DNA from: Takakia lepidozioides
Taxonomy: Eukaryota; Plantae; Bryophyta
DNA length: 64,000 bases
NCBI GenBank assembly: GCA_030704615.1
Contig: CM060731.1
Location: forward strand, 80,228,001 to 80,292,000
Direction of reading: 5' to 3'
Shown: in pieces, positions 13,532 to 25,448 of the stretch
Position numbering within the stretch: the stretch's first letter is position 1
Layout: each line of letters opens with the position of its first letter
Notes under the pieces: generated by a model
What the model saw: only the letters and a program-made list of their open reading frames with translations
What the model was told of the DNA's origin: nothing
Database searches by the model: none
Position numbers and translations under genes: made by a program

Positions 13532-14162
13532 GCGTAGAGCAGGAATAGGGTGCCTTAGTGCCTCGTCATTGTTGCCACGTCATCGTAGCCACGTCATCGT
13601 CGCCACGTTTCGTAGACACGTCATCGTCGTCAATTTCTTTGGAACCTGCATACAGCAGGAATAGAGTGCCATAGTGCCTCGTCATCGTCGCCACGTTCTG
13701 TCAACACGTCATCTTCGTCAATTTCGTTGGAACCTGCGTAGACCAGGAATAATAGTGCCATGTCATCGTCGCCACGTCATCGTCGCCACGTTTCGTAGAC
13801 ACGTCAACGTCGTCAATTTCTTTGGAAACTGCGTAGAGCAGGAATAGGGTGCCATAGTGCCTCGTCATCGTCACCACGTCATCGTCACCATGTCATCATC
13901 ACCATGTCATCGTCACCACGTCATTGTAGCCACGTCATCGTCCCCACGTTTTGTCGACACGTCATCCTCGTCAATTTCCTTGGAACCTGCGTAGACCAGA
14001 AATAGGGTGCCATAGTGCCCTATCATCGTCGCCACGTCATCGTCGCCACGTTTCGTCGACACATCATCGTCGTCGAGCAGGAATAGGGTACCATATAGTG
14101 CCTTGTCATCGTCACCACGTCATCGTCGCTACGTCATCGTCGTCAATTTCCTTGGAACCTGC
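13532..14162. repeat. Compound minisatellite of about 6 higher-order units built from 14-bp CACGTCATCGTCGC subrepeats
   Basis: Unit heads gcgtagagcaggaatagggtgcc near 13532, 13647, 13735, 13830, 13988 and 14075. Each is followed by a variable number of cacgtcatcgtcgc copies and, in most units, a tail gtcaatttc(t/c)ttggaacctgc. Confidence 0.9.
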
Positions 14163-15309
14163 CCGAAATGCCCGAAAATAACCGGAAGAGACGTCTTGCA
14201 GCGCGGGGTGCTTGAGCGCGGAGGGAGACATTTGCAGATTATGAGTACACCGCATGAGAGCTGGAAATTTGCACGATGGTGGGACAACCGCAATCGCAAG
14301 GTGTGGCTTTTCTTAATGTACGATGTGAAGAAGTTTGTCCATCCTGCAAATGTGGGCCCTTGGCTCCTGTTAGTACCATGATTTGGTATTCTTCCCGATG
14401 TTTACAAGGTTCTTGGGAGAGTCAGCTTGGTCTTAGCAGACTGTGTTTCAATCTCTGCCTGCTCAGCTGCACCGTGGTGGTTCTCACAGACCAATCCGAC
14501 ATTACCTGACTACAGACACAAGCAGCACACACAAGAGGTCCTTTTGGGTTGATGGTCGGTCAAGTCCTCCATGGGTCATGACACAAGGTCAAGGACAATG
14601 TGGAGAGGGCACCTTCTTCTTCGACCTATTTCAGCTTGTTTTGCCCTCTCATCAGACTCAGCCCTTACAAGTTACTGCCGATGTGGCAGCAGGAAAGTAT
14701 CTAAAAACAGATAACAGAGATGAGGAGAAGCTTTGGAATGACACTTTTCCGACCCCAGTCAATGGTGGGACAATGGAGACAAAAAGGTGAATGCCTGTTG
14801 GACTACAGAGAGAAGCAGATGCAATTCAGAATTGGAACTACTGTAATAAGTAGGGTTGGGGTGTTTGCTGGAAGAACTTCACGCCGTCAGTGTCAGCTGC
14901 TAGCAGCAAGGCTGAGGATGTATTCATGATTGGTACACAGGCAGGGATAGCTGAAGGACCAGGGATAGTGGTCGAGATTCATCCAAGAGGGCCGGATTTT
15001 AAACACAAGATTACTTCTGATTCCCTGTGGATCAATAGGTACAAGAAATATGCGTGGGTAGATGGTCAACTGGAAACAGCAGCGGCAGCAGCACAATTGA
15101 TAGAACAAGGCACTGCTAAGGAAGGCACCTTCTTCAACACATTTCACCCTGTTTTTCCCTCTTATGAGCATCGGCAATAGCTTTTAAAGAAGAATTGTGC
15201 AAGTTAGCTGGTTGATGATAGTTTAGAGTGACTTTGACATGATACTGCCAATGTGACAACAGGAAAGTATCCAGAAACAGGTAACAGAGACGAGGAGAAG
15301 CTGTTCTGG

Positions 15310-15545
15310 CGGTGGTCCTTGCTGATATGTATGCCAAATGTGGTAGTGTAGAGGATGCAAGTATAGTATGGCTCAACGAGATGTGGTGTCATGGAATGCA
15401 ATGATCGCAGGATATGGTCAGCATGGCTGTGCTAGGGAGGCTTGAACAGCTGAAACAGGAAGGCTTGAAGCCAGATGATATCACCTTTGTATGTTCTCTC
15501 TGCATGTAGCCATGCGGGCCTACTAGTGGATGAAGGCTGTCACAA
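15310..15545 (+). pseudogene. PLS-class pentatricopeptide repeat (PPR) gene fragment, frameshifted
   Basis: Across frames it reads LADMYAKCGSVEDA / WNAMIAGYGQHG.AREA / QEGLKPDDITF / VLSACSHAGL.VDEG, the canonical PLS-PPR motifs, with a stop and frameshifts. Confidence 0.8.
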
Positions 15546-16899
15546 GCAGAAGGTGGAGCTCAAGGCCACGAAAATCACTTTGGTTGTACAATGCCCTCCC
15601 TCCACTCCCCTTCTTTTTGTCTCTTGTACTTCTCTCTTTTCATTCTTCTTTTTTTTACCTTCAAGTAAATGTAGGGCAATCTCTTTGGGCTGAACAGTAT
15701 GGTTTATAGTACAATGTCAATACCAGCTCTCAAGACCAAGCTCTCAATGCCCCTGTCGGTTTACGGGGGAAAGCTGAAGATTTTTGGGAGCTTACATCGT
15801 GGTGGGTGCAAACCCCACTGTGAAGTCTATCTAGGAGGGTCAGTCAATTGTAGGGCATTGCTAGGGTGTATAGCCAATGTTCAGTGAGTGGATATTTCCA
15901 ATATCAGCTTTCGTAAAGTTTCTCTGTCTGCTTCTCACACACTTCATTTGCTTCTCCCAGTGCTTCTATCGTCTCCCTTAAGACACTGCTTAGATGTTGA
16001 AGTTATTGGTTCTTTTGTTGTGAGTTGTTGTAATTAAAATCTAGCAGCTGTACGTTCGTCCAAGTATTAAAAGAAATAAAATTCAGTTGGAGCCTGTAAG
16101 GCTCTCTATTTTCCAAAGTTAATTTCATTATCATACCCTAGTGAGTGAAATTCCCGTGTGTTCAATGTGACAGAAACAAGATGATGAACTGGATTTTTTT
16201 GCTGTTACCTATAGTGTTACCCCTACTAGGAGTTTCAGCTTTGAATTTCTGTTCGTGGGAGGGAGACTCAGAGAGGGCTTGTTTATGTGTGCAAACAGGC
16301 TGGCCTGGCCTCCTTCGCATTACCTGCATAGTTCCCTGAAATTATAGGGCCTCTAAACTCCCTCAGGACACAGTCACGGGGATTGGTATGTGTGAGAGAA
16401 GCAAATAACATCTAATGCTTAGCGAGGCACATATGACAGAATGTTCAAGGTTCGATTACCGCAATATATTATTCCTCTCTTGTGGAAAAACCCCCAAAAA
16501 GTTGGGTAAGATTTGGACCCCACTCCCACATAATAGCAGTTTCCTGTCAGGCCAGGACCTAAACCGCTACCGGCCGCTATTTCACATCTACATTGTCTGT
16601 TGTGAAGATTCCAGGTAGCTGGGGAGACAAGAAAATTGAAAGATGAACACACACAATCACTTTTGCGAGTTTTCTAGTTTACTGTAATGTCCACTCTAAG
16701 ACAAAATATCTACCTTTCCTTGCACTAAGCTTATGCTTCCAAGAGATCAGACACCAATGCTGATCCTCATTGCCTGACACACATTTTTTTTCCCAATCAA
16801 AACTCGTGCTGGAGGCCATACCTCTCCATTTCTGTTCTGCGATTTCGAATCTGGGAGAGAGAAGAGAGAGGAGAGTCTTATTATTACAGGGTCCGACAA

Positions 16900-17180
16900 C
16901 CAGCATATAGCCCAGTGGTAATGGGCACATACCAGTGGTAATGGGCACATACCACGTTGGATGTGGAATGTAGGGGGTCCGGCTGTGTTCATTTTAAAAA
17001 TGAACCAAATGAACCCGGGTCAGGGTCCAGGTTTTTTGTGATAGCCCGGGTCCGCGTGCGGCTCCAGGTAACCCGGATCCTAACCCGCCGGGTACACGCC
17101 CTTCAAAACCCGGACCCGCACAACACTGGAAGAGACACCATAAGTTACGCTCCCTTCAGGAGGCGTCATATTTTTATTTT
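16900..17180 (+). mobile_element. tRNA-derived SINE, rearranged copy (internal 20-bp duplication; centre replaced by a hAT-like ACCCG-rich fragment)
   Basis: Head ccagcatatagcccagtggtaatgggcac..ccacgttggatgtgg and tail gacaccataagttacg..ggaggcgtcatatt match the intact copy at 19021-19206. The segment 16965-17128 is rich in acccg/cgggt and ends caacactg. Confidence 0.7.
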
Positions 17181-17755
17181 TTCTTAACAGGATCCAAAGC
17201 TCAGCAGCTCTCTGCTTCCTACATCCATCACCACCGTGCTTTGTTCATCCATCCACCCATGTTTTCATCCTTTTGTTTTCTTTGTAAGGGCCCATTAACA
17301 GAGCACACCAGATAATAGCGAGATTTGAGCCGAGGATTATGTACTATGGAACAGTCAGGGCCGGGCCATTCTGCCTCCCGAGCTACCTGGCCCTGAATTT
17401 ACTTAACGGAGGGGCAAAAATGGCAGAAAAACCACCCCCTGACCATACCTTGTACATTATCCTGTCCACTTCCGCACTTGTGATCTCAAATTGACATTCA
17501 TAATCCAAATAATATGTAGAGCAGTTTCATTGGGGGCTGTTCATTCTAGTGGGGGGCTTATGTAGTAAGGCCACGTGTATTAAGGAATGAGATCAAGGGG
17601 TCAAAAAAAAGAAGGGAGCAAATTTAGATAGGGAGTCTTGTAGGGCTGACATGTGTCAAGGGCCTTCTAGAAGGGTCCCACCGCCCTCAGAGGGTGTATA
17701 AGGGATGGCCCCTTCTTACTGCATACTAACTTAGTACTTACTAAATTAGTAAGTA

Positions 17756-18490
17756 CCGTCCCTGGACAATCGTTTAGACGATAATTAATTCAAAATAAAA
17801 TTGCCTAATCAATTCTGTGAATTTTTCAGATTTTGGCCTAATTGTTGGGAAATTATGGGACCAAAGTGCCTAATGCCCAAAAATTCCATCAAAAAACTTG
17901 CAAGCCTCTTCTTATGTTGTTTGTAATAAGATCAAAATTTCTTTGAACAAAAATCAATACAAATATATGTGTGCGGGGAAATAACTAGCCTACCAGCCTA
18001 CCACAACTCAAGAGTACCATTATGTAAGAGGCTTCACCATGCACCGGCATACCAATATGAAAACCAGTGTACCCAATGACCAATGTATCAAAGCCCTGAA
18101 CCAGCATGCCTACCCAATGACCATTGTACCAAAGCCCTGTACCAACGTGCCTACACTAGTGTGGACTAATATTGAACTCACCTAAAGTGTGAGAGCGAAG
18201 GGAGAGCTTGCCTAGCTTGAGCCTTGGAGCACCGCGTACAACAAAGAGGGGCATTTTTAGGGTTTCAAAGAAAATGAAAGGTAGCTGGAGCCACCCATGG
18301 GCATTGGGTGTCTATTTTGTAATTTTATTCTTAAGGAAATAAATGTTTTCTCTTCTCATGTGCCTAATTTAAAAAAATTATAGCATGAAGATGCCTAATT
18401 TGAGAAATTGTTTTCAAAACATGCCTAATTTTCTGATTGATTGATTCTATTATTAGGCGCAAAAATGCCTAAATGGTTGTCCGGGGACGG
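17756..18490. mobile_element. Non-autonomous Tc1/mariner-like element
   Basis: Imperfect TIRs of about 25 bp (ccgtccctggacaatcgtttagac / gcctaaatggttgtccggggacgg), each flanked by TA. Repeated gcctaat subterminal motifs and an internal tandem repeat of about 40 bp at 18070-18150. Confidence 0.75.
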
Positions 18491-19020
18491 TAGTGGGCTC
18501 TCCACAGGCAGGCCCCCCTAAAAAACAGCAAACATGAATCTATTAATTAGTAGAAACCACATTCATTGCTGGATGAATCCATCCCAAATGCAATACACTT
18601 GAATATGTCCCATCAACAAATTAACGTGCCGTATTTTCTGGACGTTGTTCTCAGAAGTGGTCGCTAGTAGTGCGGAGCAACGCCAAGCCCTAGTTCTGTT
18701 TTCTTCCTCAGCTCTCTCTGTACTTGAGCAGGTAGCCTTCAGACCCTCCATTGGGCCCTCGAGGGCTTGTGTGTTGAGCAGTAGGCTCTGTAAATTCACT
18801 CGACATTAAAGTAACTTTATCTTTATCTTTATCGCTTCAAACTTTATTTTCAGAGGAGCTGATTCTTAAGAAGGGTCATTTTGATGTCCCATAGCCACAA
18901 GTTCAAAGGAGCTGATTTTTATGAAGGGTCGATGTCTTGTCAGACTGGTGATTCATTGTGAAAGGAGTCCCAGATCAGAGTCTGGATTTGCAATGTAGTG
19001 CAGTCATTTGCGTTCCACTT

Positions 19021-19206
19021 ATAATAATAATAATATAATAATATGACGCCTCCCCAAGGGGCCGTAACTTATGGTGTCACTTGACCCCCAAGGGCTACTG
19101 CCTTCCAGCAGGAAGGTGGACACCTTCATCACACACCAGACGGTGGTTTGAACCCACAACCACATCCAACGTGGTCTGTGCCCATTACCACTGGGCTACA
19201 TGCTGG
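19021..19206 (-). mobile_element. tRNA-derived SINE, apparently full length (about 185 bp)
   Basis: On the minus strand: A-box TAGCCCAGTGG (19198-19188), B-box GGTTCAAACC (19154-19145), a unique body, and an (ATT)n tail at 19021-19043. Confidence 0.8.
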
Positions 19207-19731
19207 TTATCTTACAATATATGCAGGTGGTTGTGAGAGGCTGCCACTTGCAACAATACAAGGTGGAAGCTGGAGAAGGCTGGGGTCTCAACAAAATTGT
19301 CTTTGGAAACATGAAGCCTTTTAAGCCAGTGGAGGGTGAAGACTATTCCCGGCAGGACCAGTCTAGTGTCAAATCTGTATGAATGGAGGTTGAACTTAAA
19401 GACAGGTTCTCTTTCACGACCCGGGCACAACCCTCCTCTTATAAGTCTCCCACTGACTGCAGACCCACCACTTTCTAATCAATTCGTCCCCTGTTTGCCC
19501 AAAAAAAAGCCAAACAGAAAAAACCCACCAGCAACTTCAATCTTAGGGCTTGTATCTTTTAGGGAGGAGCCAATAAACTCCAATAGTAAAGCAATATCAG
19601 TAAGAAGAAATATTATTTGCGAAAAGCAGAGTACATCCAGCCTGGATGAATGCATGGATTGGTGCATATCAAACCAACAGCAAGGAGAGTCTCCAGTTAG
19701 TCAATTTGGAATGTGAAATGGAGGAAGAAGA

Positions 19732-22700
19732 TTAATCACAAATGAAAGAAGCCTCGGCGTTCTGGTCGCTGGAATACAAGCAGGGGTGCTGCTTGAATCC
19801 TTGTTGGGCGAGCACACTGCGAACTTGTGTGACTAAGCTGCGGTTAGAGATGGGACCCCGCGTCTTGGCCAAAACGATTTGAATTGCATTGCTGAAAGCT
19901 CCATAAGAATCCACTTTGTTCTTGCTTGGATTAGCATCTGCTGAGGTCTCGTCATGCTGACACCCACTTAGAAGAATACCAGCATCAGATGGCAGACGTT
20001 CACTCTTACTAGGTCTCATCCCACTGTAGGCTGCTTCAGGAGGTGGAGGAGCACCTCCCTGTACAGCAGGAGCCACATAATTAGCAGCTTGGTTGTAGCT
20101 TTGATCGCCCAGTTTTGTCTTGAGGAACTGACCAGCCACACTCTCAACCATTCCCATCCATCCACCACTGTTGCCACCTCCACTCTGCAAACATAGTAAG
20201 TAGATACTTGCTCAGCCGGTCCCGGTATCAGGTTGTGGATAACAAAACAACAATCTCTACATGGCTCTCCCTCCTCTGGAACTAATGATCTTTTTCTTCT
20301 CCTAATTTCCCCTTCTCCTGCAATGCGACAAGGCTACGAATGGGACAAAGGAATGATTCACAACATGTCACCAAGGGAGTTTTCAAAAGGTGTAAACATG
20401 CAAACCGAATGTACCTTGAGCTGGTTGAGAATGACGTTCACGAACGTTTTTACTGCTGGGCTGGCATCATCTCCAAACATGTCAAAGATCGTAGTCCGAA
20501 TGTTCCCTACTTTAACATTCTGTCCTGTTCGTTCGCTCAAAATCTCTGTCAGAGTCTCAATGGAGAGACTTTTATTCTGGAAGTGTGGCAGAGGTTCACA
20601 ATAACCTCCCTCAGTATAAGCATTCCCACCATAGACTGGTTCCCGTCTATCGTAGTGACCATAGCCTTCACCCTCCCTCCTTTCATGCCGGCCGTAGCCT
20701 TCGTCCTCCCTCCTTCGATGCTGGCCATAGCCTTCGTCCTCCCTCCTTCCATGCCGGCCATAGCCGTCATCTTCCCTCCTTTCATGACGACCATACCCTT
20801 CTTCCTCCCTTCTTTCAGGCCAGCCATAGCTGCCTTCCTCCCTTCTCTCCCCCTGCAACAGTTCCACTACGGAGGTGCGTCAAAAATCTGAGCTTTGGTG
20901 AAGCAAACCACAAAACACTTTAGCATCCGGAGACACAAGGCCAAGCACCAGAAATCCAGTCAGGTAACACTGGATGTGATTAGAACTGTCACACCATACC
21001 AGGCCCATGAGAAAGTCAATTGTGGGCGTGAGAGGTCACAATTAGATCCAATGCTGGAACTCAACATTTTGAAGTGTAAGACATGGCAAATCAGTACAAT
21101 GAGTGCTCTTTTCAAGACAACACGTTGATAGCCGGAGCTTTTGAACATCAAGGGCCGGGCAGTCATGGTTTTGCATCCATGCCAACCCGAGCGAGTTGGA
21201 GGCCAGGATTGTGGTTGTAGGCCTGCAACCAGAACCTAACAACCAGAAAACATCTCTTTGCTGAAATTCACAAATACTGATCAGGTACGGATTTCGAAGG
21301 AGCATGCACAGCAAACTTGCACAGTGAAACCTTGCCTGATATTCATAGCCTCCCACATATTCTCCTCCATCGTGTCTGTACTCTCCACCAGGATGTCTGC
21401 TCCCTTCCCATCCATACCCTTGCTCTCCATGTCGTCTCTCACCTCTGTGCCGGTCGTGTGCATCATGATGTCCCTCCCCCTCGTGCCGTCTATCGTCATC
21501 ACTTGGGAAGATGAAATCTCTTGTTTTATTTTGGTCATATCCACTCTCCTCATGCCGCCCCTGCTTGCTCAAAGCTGACAACCCTTGGGAAAACATCCCC
21601 ATAAGGCCAGTGTTCTGCTCCTCTCCACCATGGCCTTTCTTCACATAGGACTCCAGACCCTTCTGCAGACCCTGAGAGACCAATCCCATGAGCCCTCCTG
21701 ATCCACCCTGATGTCCAATTTGCCCTCCCCCTTGTCCGCTTGTTGCATGCCCAGTTGGGGGGATGCTGGCATATGTCATCAAACCACCCCCAATCTGTTC
21801 CTTTTCAGAATCAATTAGACCTCCACTGTGGCATGAATCGGATATAAAAGTGAATCTAACCCCTGCAGGAATTTTGTCCACCACCTCCCGAAAATCATCA
21901 TCTGTAGACACACAACTTCAGATACTCAGAAAACAGGGAGTAGAACAGAAAAGGGCTGTAAAAGAGGGAGAGAGGAAGCTGCCAGAAGGTTCAAACAGAT
22001 TATTGAGGATTGCTAACATAACGCTTGAAACTTTATTATTAGGGAAGAAAACCATATAATGCACCACTAGCAAGGATACAGCACTGTCAAGAGGGACAAA
22101 ATGAAGAAAGATAGACCTGTCAGGAAATTCATGTCAGTAGGCACAATAGCCTCTTCCTTCCCTGTGTCATCAGCCTCTCCACTCTCCCCTGGCACCTGTC
22201 ACAGTGGTACCATGGTCACCATATTGAAGTAGCACTGTGGTTGAGACAATATTACCTGTCCCCAAGGTACTAGCTTGACTGCTCTAAATTAGATTGACTG
22301 CGTCATCATGAGACACATCCATGCTCAAAATTTTGAAGCAGCAATTTTGTTGGATCCTTACCTCAGATAATGAGTGAAGCTTTAGTCAAAACATTCATGG
22401 AGATCATTGCATACATTTCATACTCTTTCTTTCTCACTCTCAAACACACGACACCGACATTCATGCTCTGCTCAGTCACAGACACATTTCTCAACTAGAC
22501 CATCCACCAGCTCTAAGCACATTTCCTTGCTAAACCTCCATACAATGAGTACTGCATCTTCACCTGCGTCCCGTGACCACTATAGTGAAAGACCAGACTA
22601 TCCCCAGGTCCAACTCCTTTGATGAGTTTTGCCAGTGAGGATCGAATGTTGGCCCCAGTAGGTTGTGGCAAGCTTTTGTCAGTATCAAGAAGCACAAGAA

Positions 22701-22830
22701 TGTCCGCCTCATCGAATCCAAACTGTTCAATGAGGCATTTTTTCATACGCGTCACATCGTTGGCACACCCATGAAGCTCGCACTTCGTGCCTGGGTAGTT
22801 GCACCCCACTAGAAGCGCCCTCTTTGACAT
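19732..22830 (-). CDS. Type II metacaspase (peptidase C14B) with expanded linker
   Basis: Exons 22830-22564, 22195-22117, 21901-21336, 20852-20415, 20184-19732, all phase-consistent; intron 3 is GC-AG. p20 domain [21 protein letters not shown] (catalytic His)..DSCHSGG (catalytic Cys); NKSLSIETL cleavage region; p10 domain [25 protein letters not shown]. Confidence 0.95.
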
Positions 22831-22979
22831 GGTCCCTGTTTCTCAAAAGACAAACAGCCACAATGTCATGCCTCTCTCCACCCACTCTCTTTCAATATTA
22901 TGTCTCTAATAGTTTATCCCGACCGCAATGTCAGTCTAATACAAAAGCCTCTCTCTCTCTTTCTCTCTCTCTCAAACTC

Positions 22980-23525
22980 TCTTAAGCTCAGGGCGGAAGC
23001 CTACCTTTCAACAGCAAACAGAAGCAGAGAGGAAAGGGAGAGTGCAATTGCCCGTAGGGTGGGCACCCTGAAGACAATATTCATTTTCTGATTCATTGTC
23101 CGGGGTTCTCTCACCGGAGAGATGCTCTCTTCAAATCTATCCAGGGAATTGTGCCTGTACCTCTGTTTACCAACTTTGAAAGTCTTGAGGCTGAGCCAAA
23201 GCCCAGGCCCTTTTGGGGCCTAGTTATTGGGCAAACCACACACAGCAGGTTGATGCTTGTGTAAAGGGATTTCTAGGGATATCTGGAAAACCCGGATCAA
23301 TAGTTTATTCCAAGGTAAGTCTTCCTACCGGCGTCAGCCCCTGACAAAGGTAGGTTCTGTCCCTTTGTGTTCCGCTCAAACTGGGCGCAGGGTCAATAGC
23401 CACAAGGCTACGGCATATTCTGCCGGACGAGGGTAGAAGAGATTTTCAAGGATCTGAATCTAAGTCCGCAAGCCATGACCCTGCTGGATAAATCTGACTT
23501 AGAGGCTGAAGTTTCTAAAGCCATC
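22980..23525 (+). mobile_element. Fragments of a CCHC zinc-knuckle LINE (RTEX-like, inferred)
   Basis: 22980-23350 is the reverse-complement homolog of 61650-62045 (LRAGSLPL..CNCP..EDxxHFLIHCPGFSH). 23430-23525 (VEEIFKDLNL..TLLDKSDLEA) matches an upstream part of the same LINE at about 62180-62270. Confidence 0.75.
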
Positions 23526-25448
23526 TCTCTCTCTCTCTCTCTCTCCCTCGCAATGCACAGATCCTTGCTCCAAATGAGCTCCCTACATTCACACTTGCCA
23601 GCCTCTGCAAGGCCTAACAGTCACAACATCCTTAGCTCTATCTCCCCTCAATCTACCGAGGCATCTCTCAAATTCAACTACATTTCACAACCACGCCTGT
23701 CACCACTGCAACTCCTAACTTCTCACAGAGTTAAGAAAACATCTTCTGACCTCTGTTCCCCTCGATGCACAGATCCTTGCTACGAAACTACCTCCTCGTT
23801 GACACACCTCCACACCAGCCCAGCTCTGTTTCCCAGCAACACACAGTTCCTTGCTCTAAGTGAGCTCCTCGTTTATAGACCTCCACACCTGCCAGCCGAT
23901 GCAAATCCTACCTTCTCAGAAATCTCTCTCCACCGAAATCGCTCTTGAAATCGCTCTCTGCAATTCACAGTCTTGACATCGTCTTCCCTCTTTGCCTGGG
24001 ACCCTCTTGGACTCCATTGTCCCGGCCGAAGCTCCTGAGACGTCCGATCTCAGATCGGACGTCAACAGTGCCTGCATCTGGGACCCGCACTGTCGGTCAT
24101 ACCTAATCCACATCCAACACGTGCCGTTGTGACTCCGTCAAATCCTCCGCCAGCTAGATCAATGGACGGAATCACTTACGGATGTATGAATTTGTGGACG
24201 AAATCACTGACTCCGGATCGACAAGGAAGACAGTGCAGCATTGTCTCTCGACCCTTGGCAGTTGTCTTCGTATGAATTATACAAGGCTGTTTGGGATATT
24301 GATAAGTACCACCACAGATTGCGAACGCGCACGAAGCTGTGAAATTATGAGTGGAGCTTCTTGTACTTTCACGCTTATCTCTCGAATCTGTGGAGAATGA
24401 AACCATGAAGTTATTGTGAAATTTTTGCTCGCCTCGCAATGCTGAACTCTCTTCGTACTTCGTGCCCATATGTGTATGACGAGACTTTACTGGTTTTTGT
24501 TTCAGGGTCAGGGAACACTTCTTCTTGAACGCTGACGGAACGAAATAACCTTTTTGTACTGGTAATCGAGATCCTCATCACGGAATTGACAATATGAGCA
24601 AGGCAAGAAGCAAGTGGAGGATTGACAGCCTGCGGAACTCCATCTACGCCAAAGTCTCAGTGCAAAACTATCTCCGTAAAGGGATTGTCAGAGAGAGAGA
24701 GAGTTTCAAAATTCTCGGATCGTTTCGTAGTGTCAGTGGTACAGAAGACTTGCCTGCAAAGTGCAAGATCAATCTTGGAGCAAAACATCCCCAAAACGAA
24801 GTATTTGACCATTCCATCCGCAGCAATGACAATAGAGCATAACTCGACGGCCTAATTTGTGATTCCTAGTATGATAGTACGGAATGTCTTCAAAATTCAA
24901 GGACAACAGAATCTTTAAGCAAATTCACGATTTACACTGTTCACTTGTTACCAAATATGAATAGTGAGTGTTGTACATTTCCACCATGATGGTCTTGTCA
25001 TGGTGAAGTTCGAAGTGATAACACATGAAGGCGATCTGTTCTGGTTGAGTTTAAACGAGGAATACATGTGCGCAAGATTGCTATCGCCATACATGTTCGC
25101 CCAATCTACTCACATTCCCTGGAAATTAGCATCTGCTCAACCTCAGAGACATGAGTGCTGAAGATTGGCTGCAGTAATAAAGAGCAATTAAAGTGTATAC
25201 TTGCTTTCAACCTGCCTAAGTTTGATTCGTTACAATGGTCACAGACGAATAAAGATGCCCACACTGACATTGATCAGCAAGCCATGTTCTCACTTGAAAA
25301 ATCATTTTCCCTGAAGAACTCACTGCTCATACAAATTTCAGGGCAGCACACAGTCTTGAGACGAAACAGATATCTTTACATGATCAGAATAAAGGCCAGC
25401 AAAGATGTTCCAGTGAGTAGACATAGCAGAAAGAAAATGGCGAAAAAC

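Noticed and set aside
13532-14162. CRISPR-like repeat-spacer appearance
   Set aside because: The spacers are themselves 14-bp tandem repeats of variable number; the context is eukaryotic and there are no cas genes.
18481-18495. CACTA-type terminus (reverse complement CACTACCGTCC)
   Set aside because: The other end lacks CAC and both ends are flanked by TA, which fits a mariner-like element better.
19140-19206. tRNA gene
   Set aside because: A and B boxes are present, but there is no convincing cloverleaf; a unique body and (ATT)n tail indicate a SINE.
24508-24582. Box C/D snoRNA-like TGATGA..CTGA on the minus strand
   Set aside because: No terminal stem or recognisable rRNA guide; would need an Rfam or snoscan hit.
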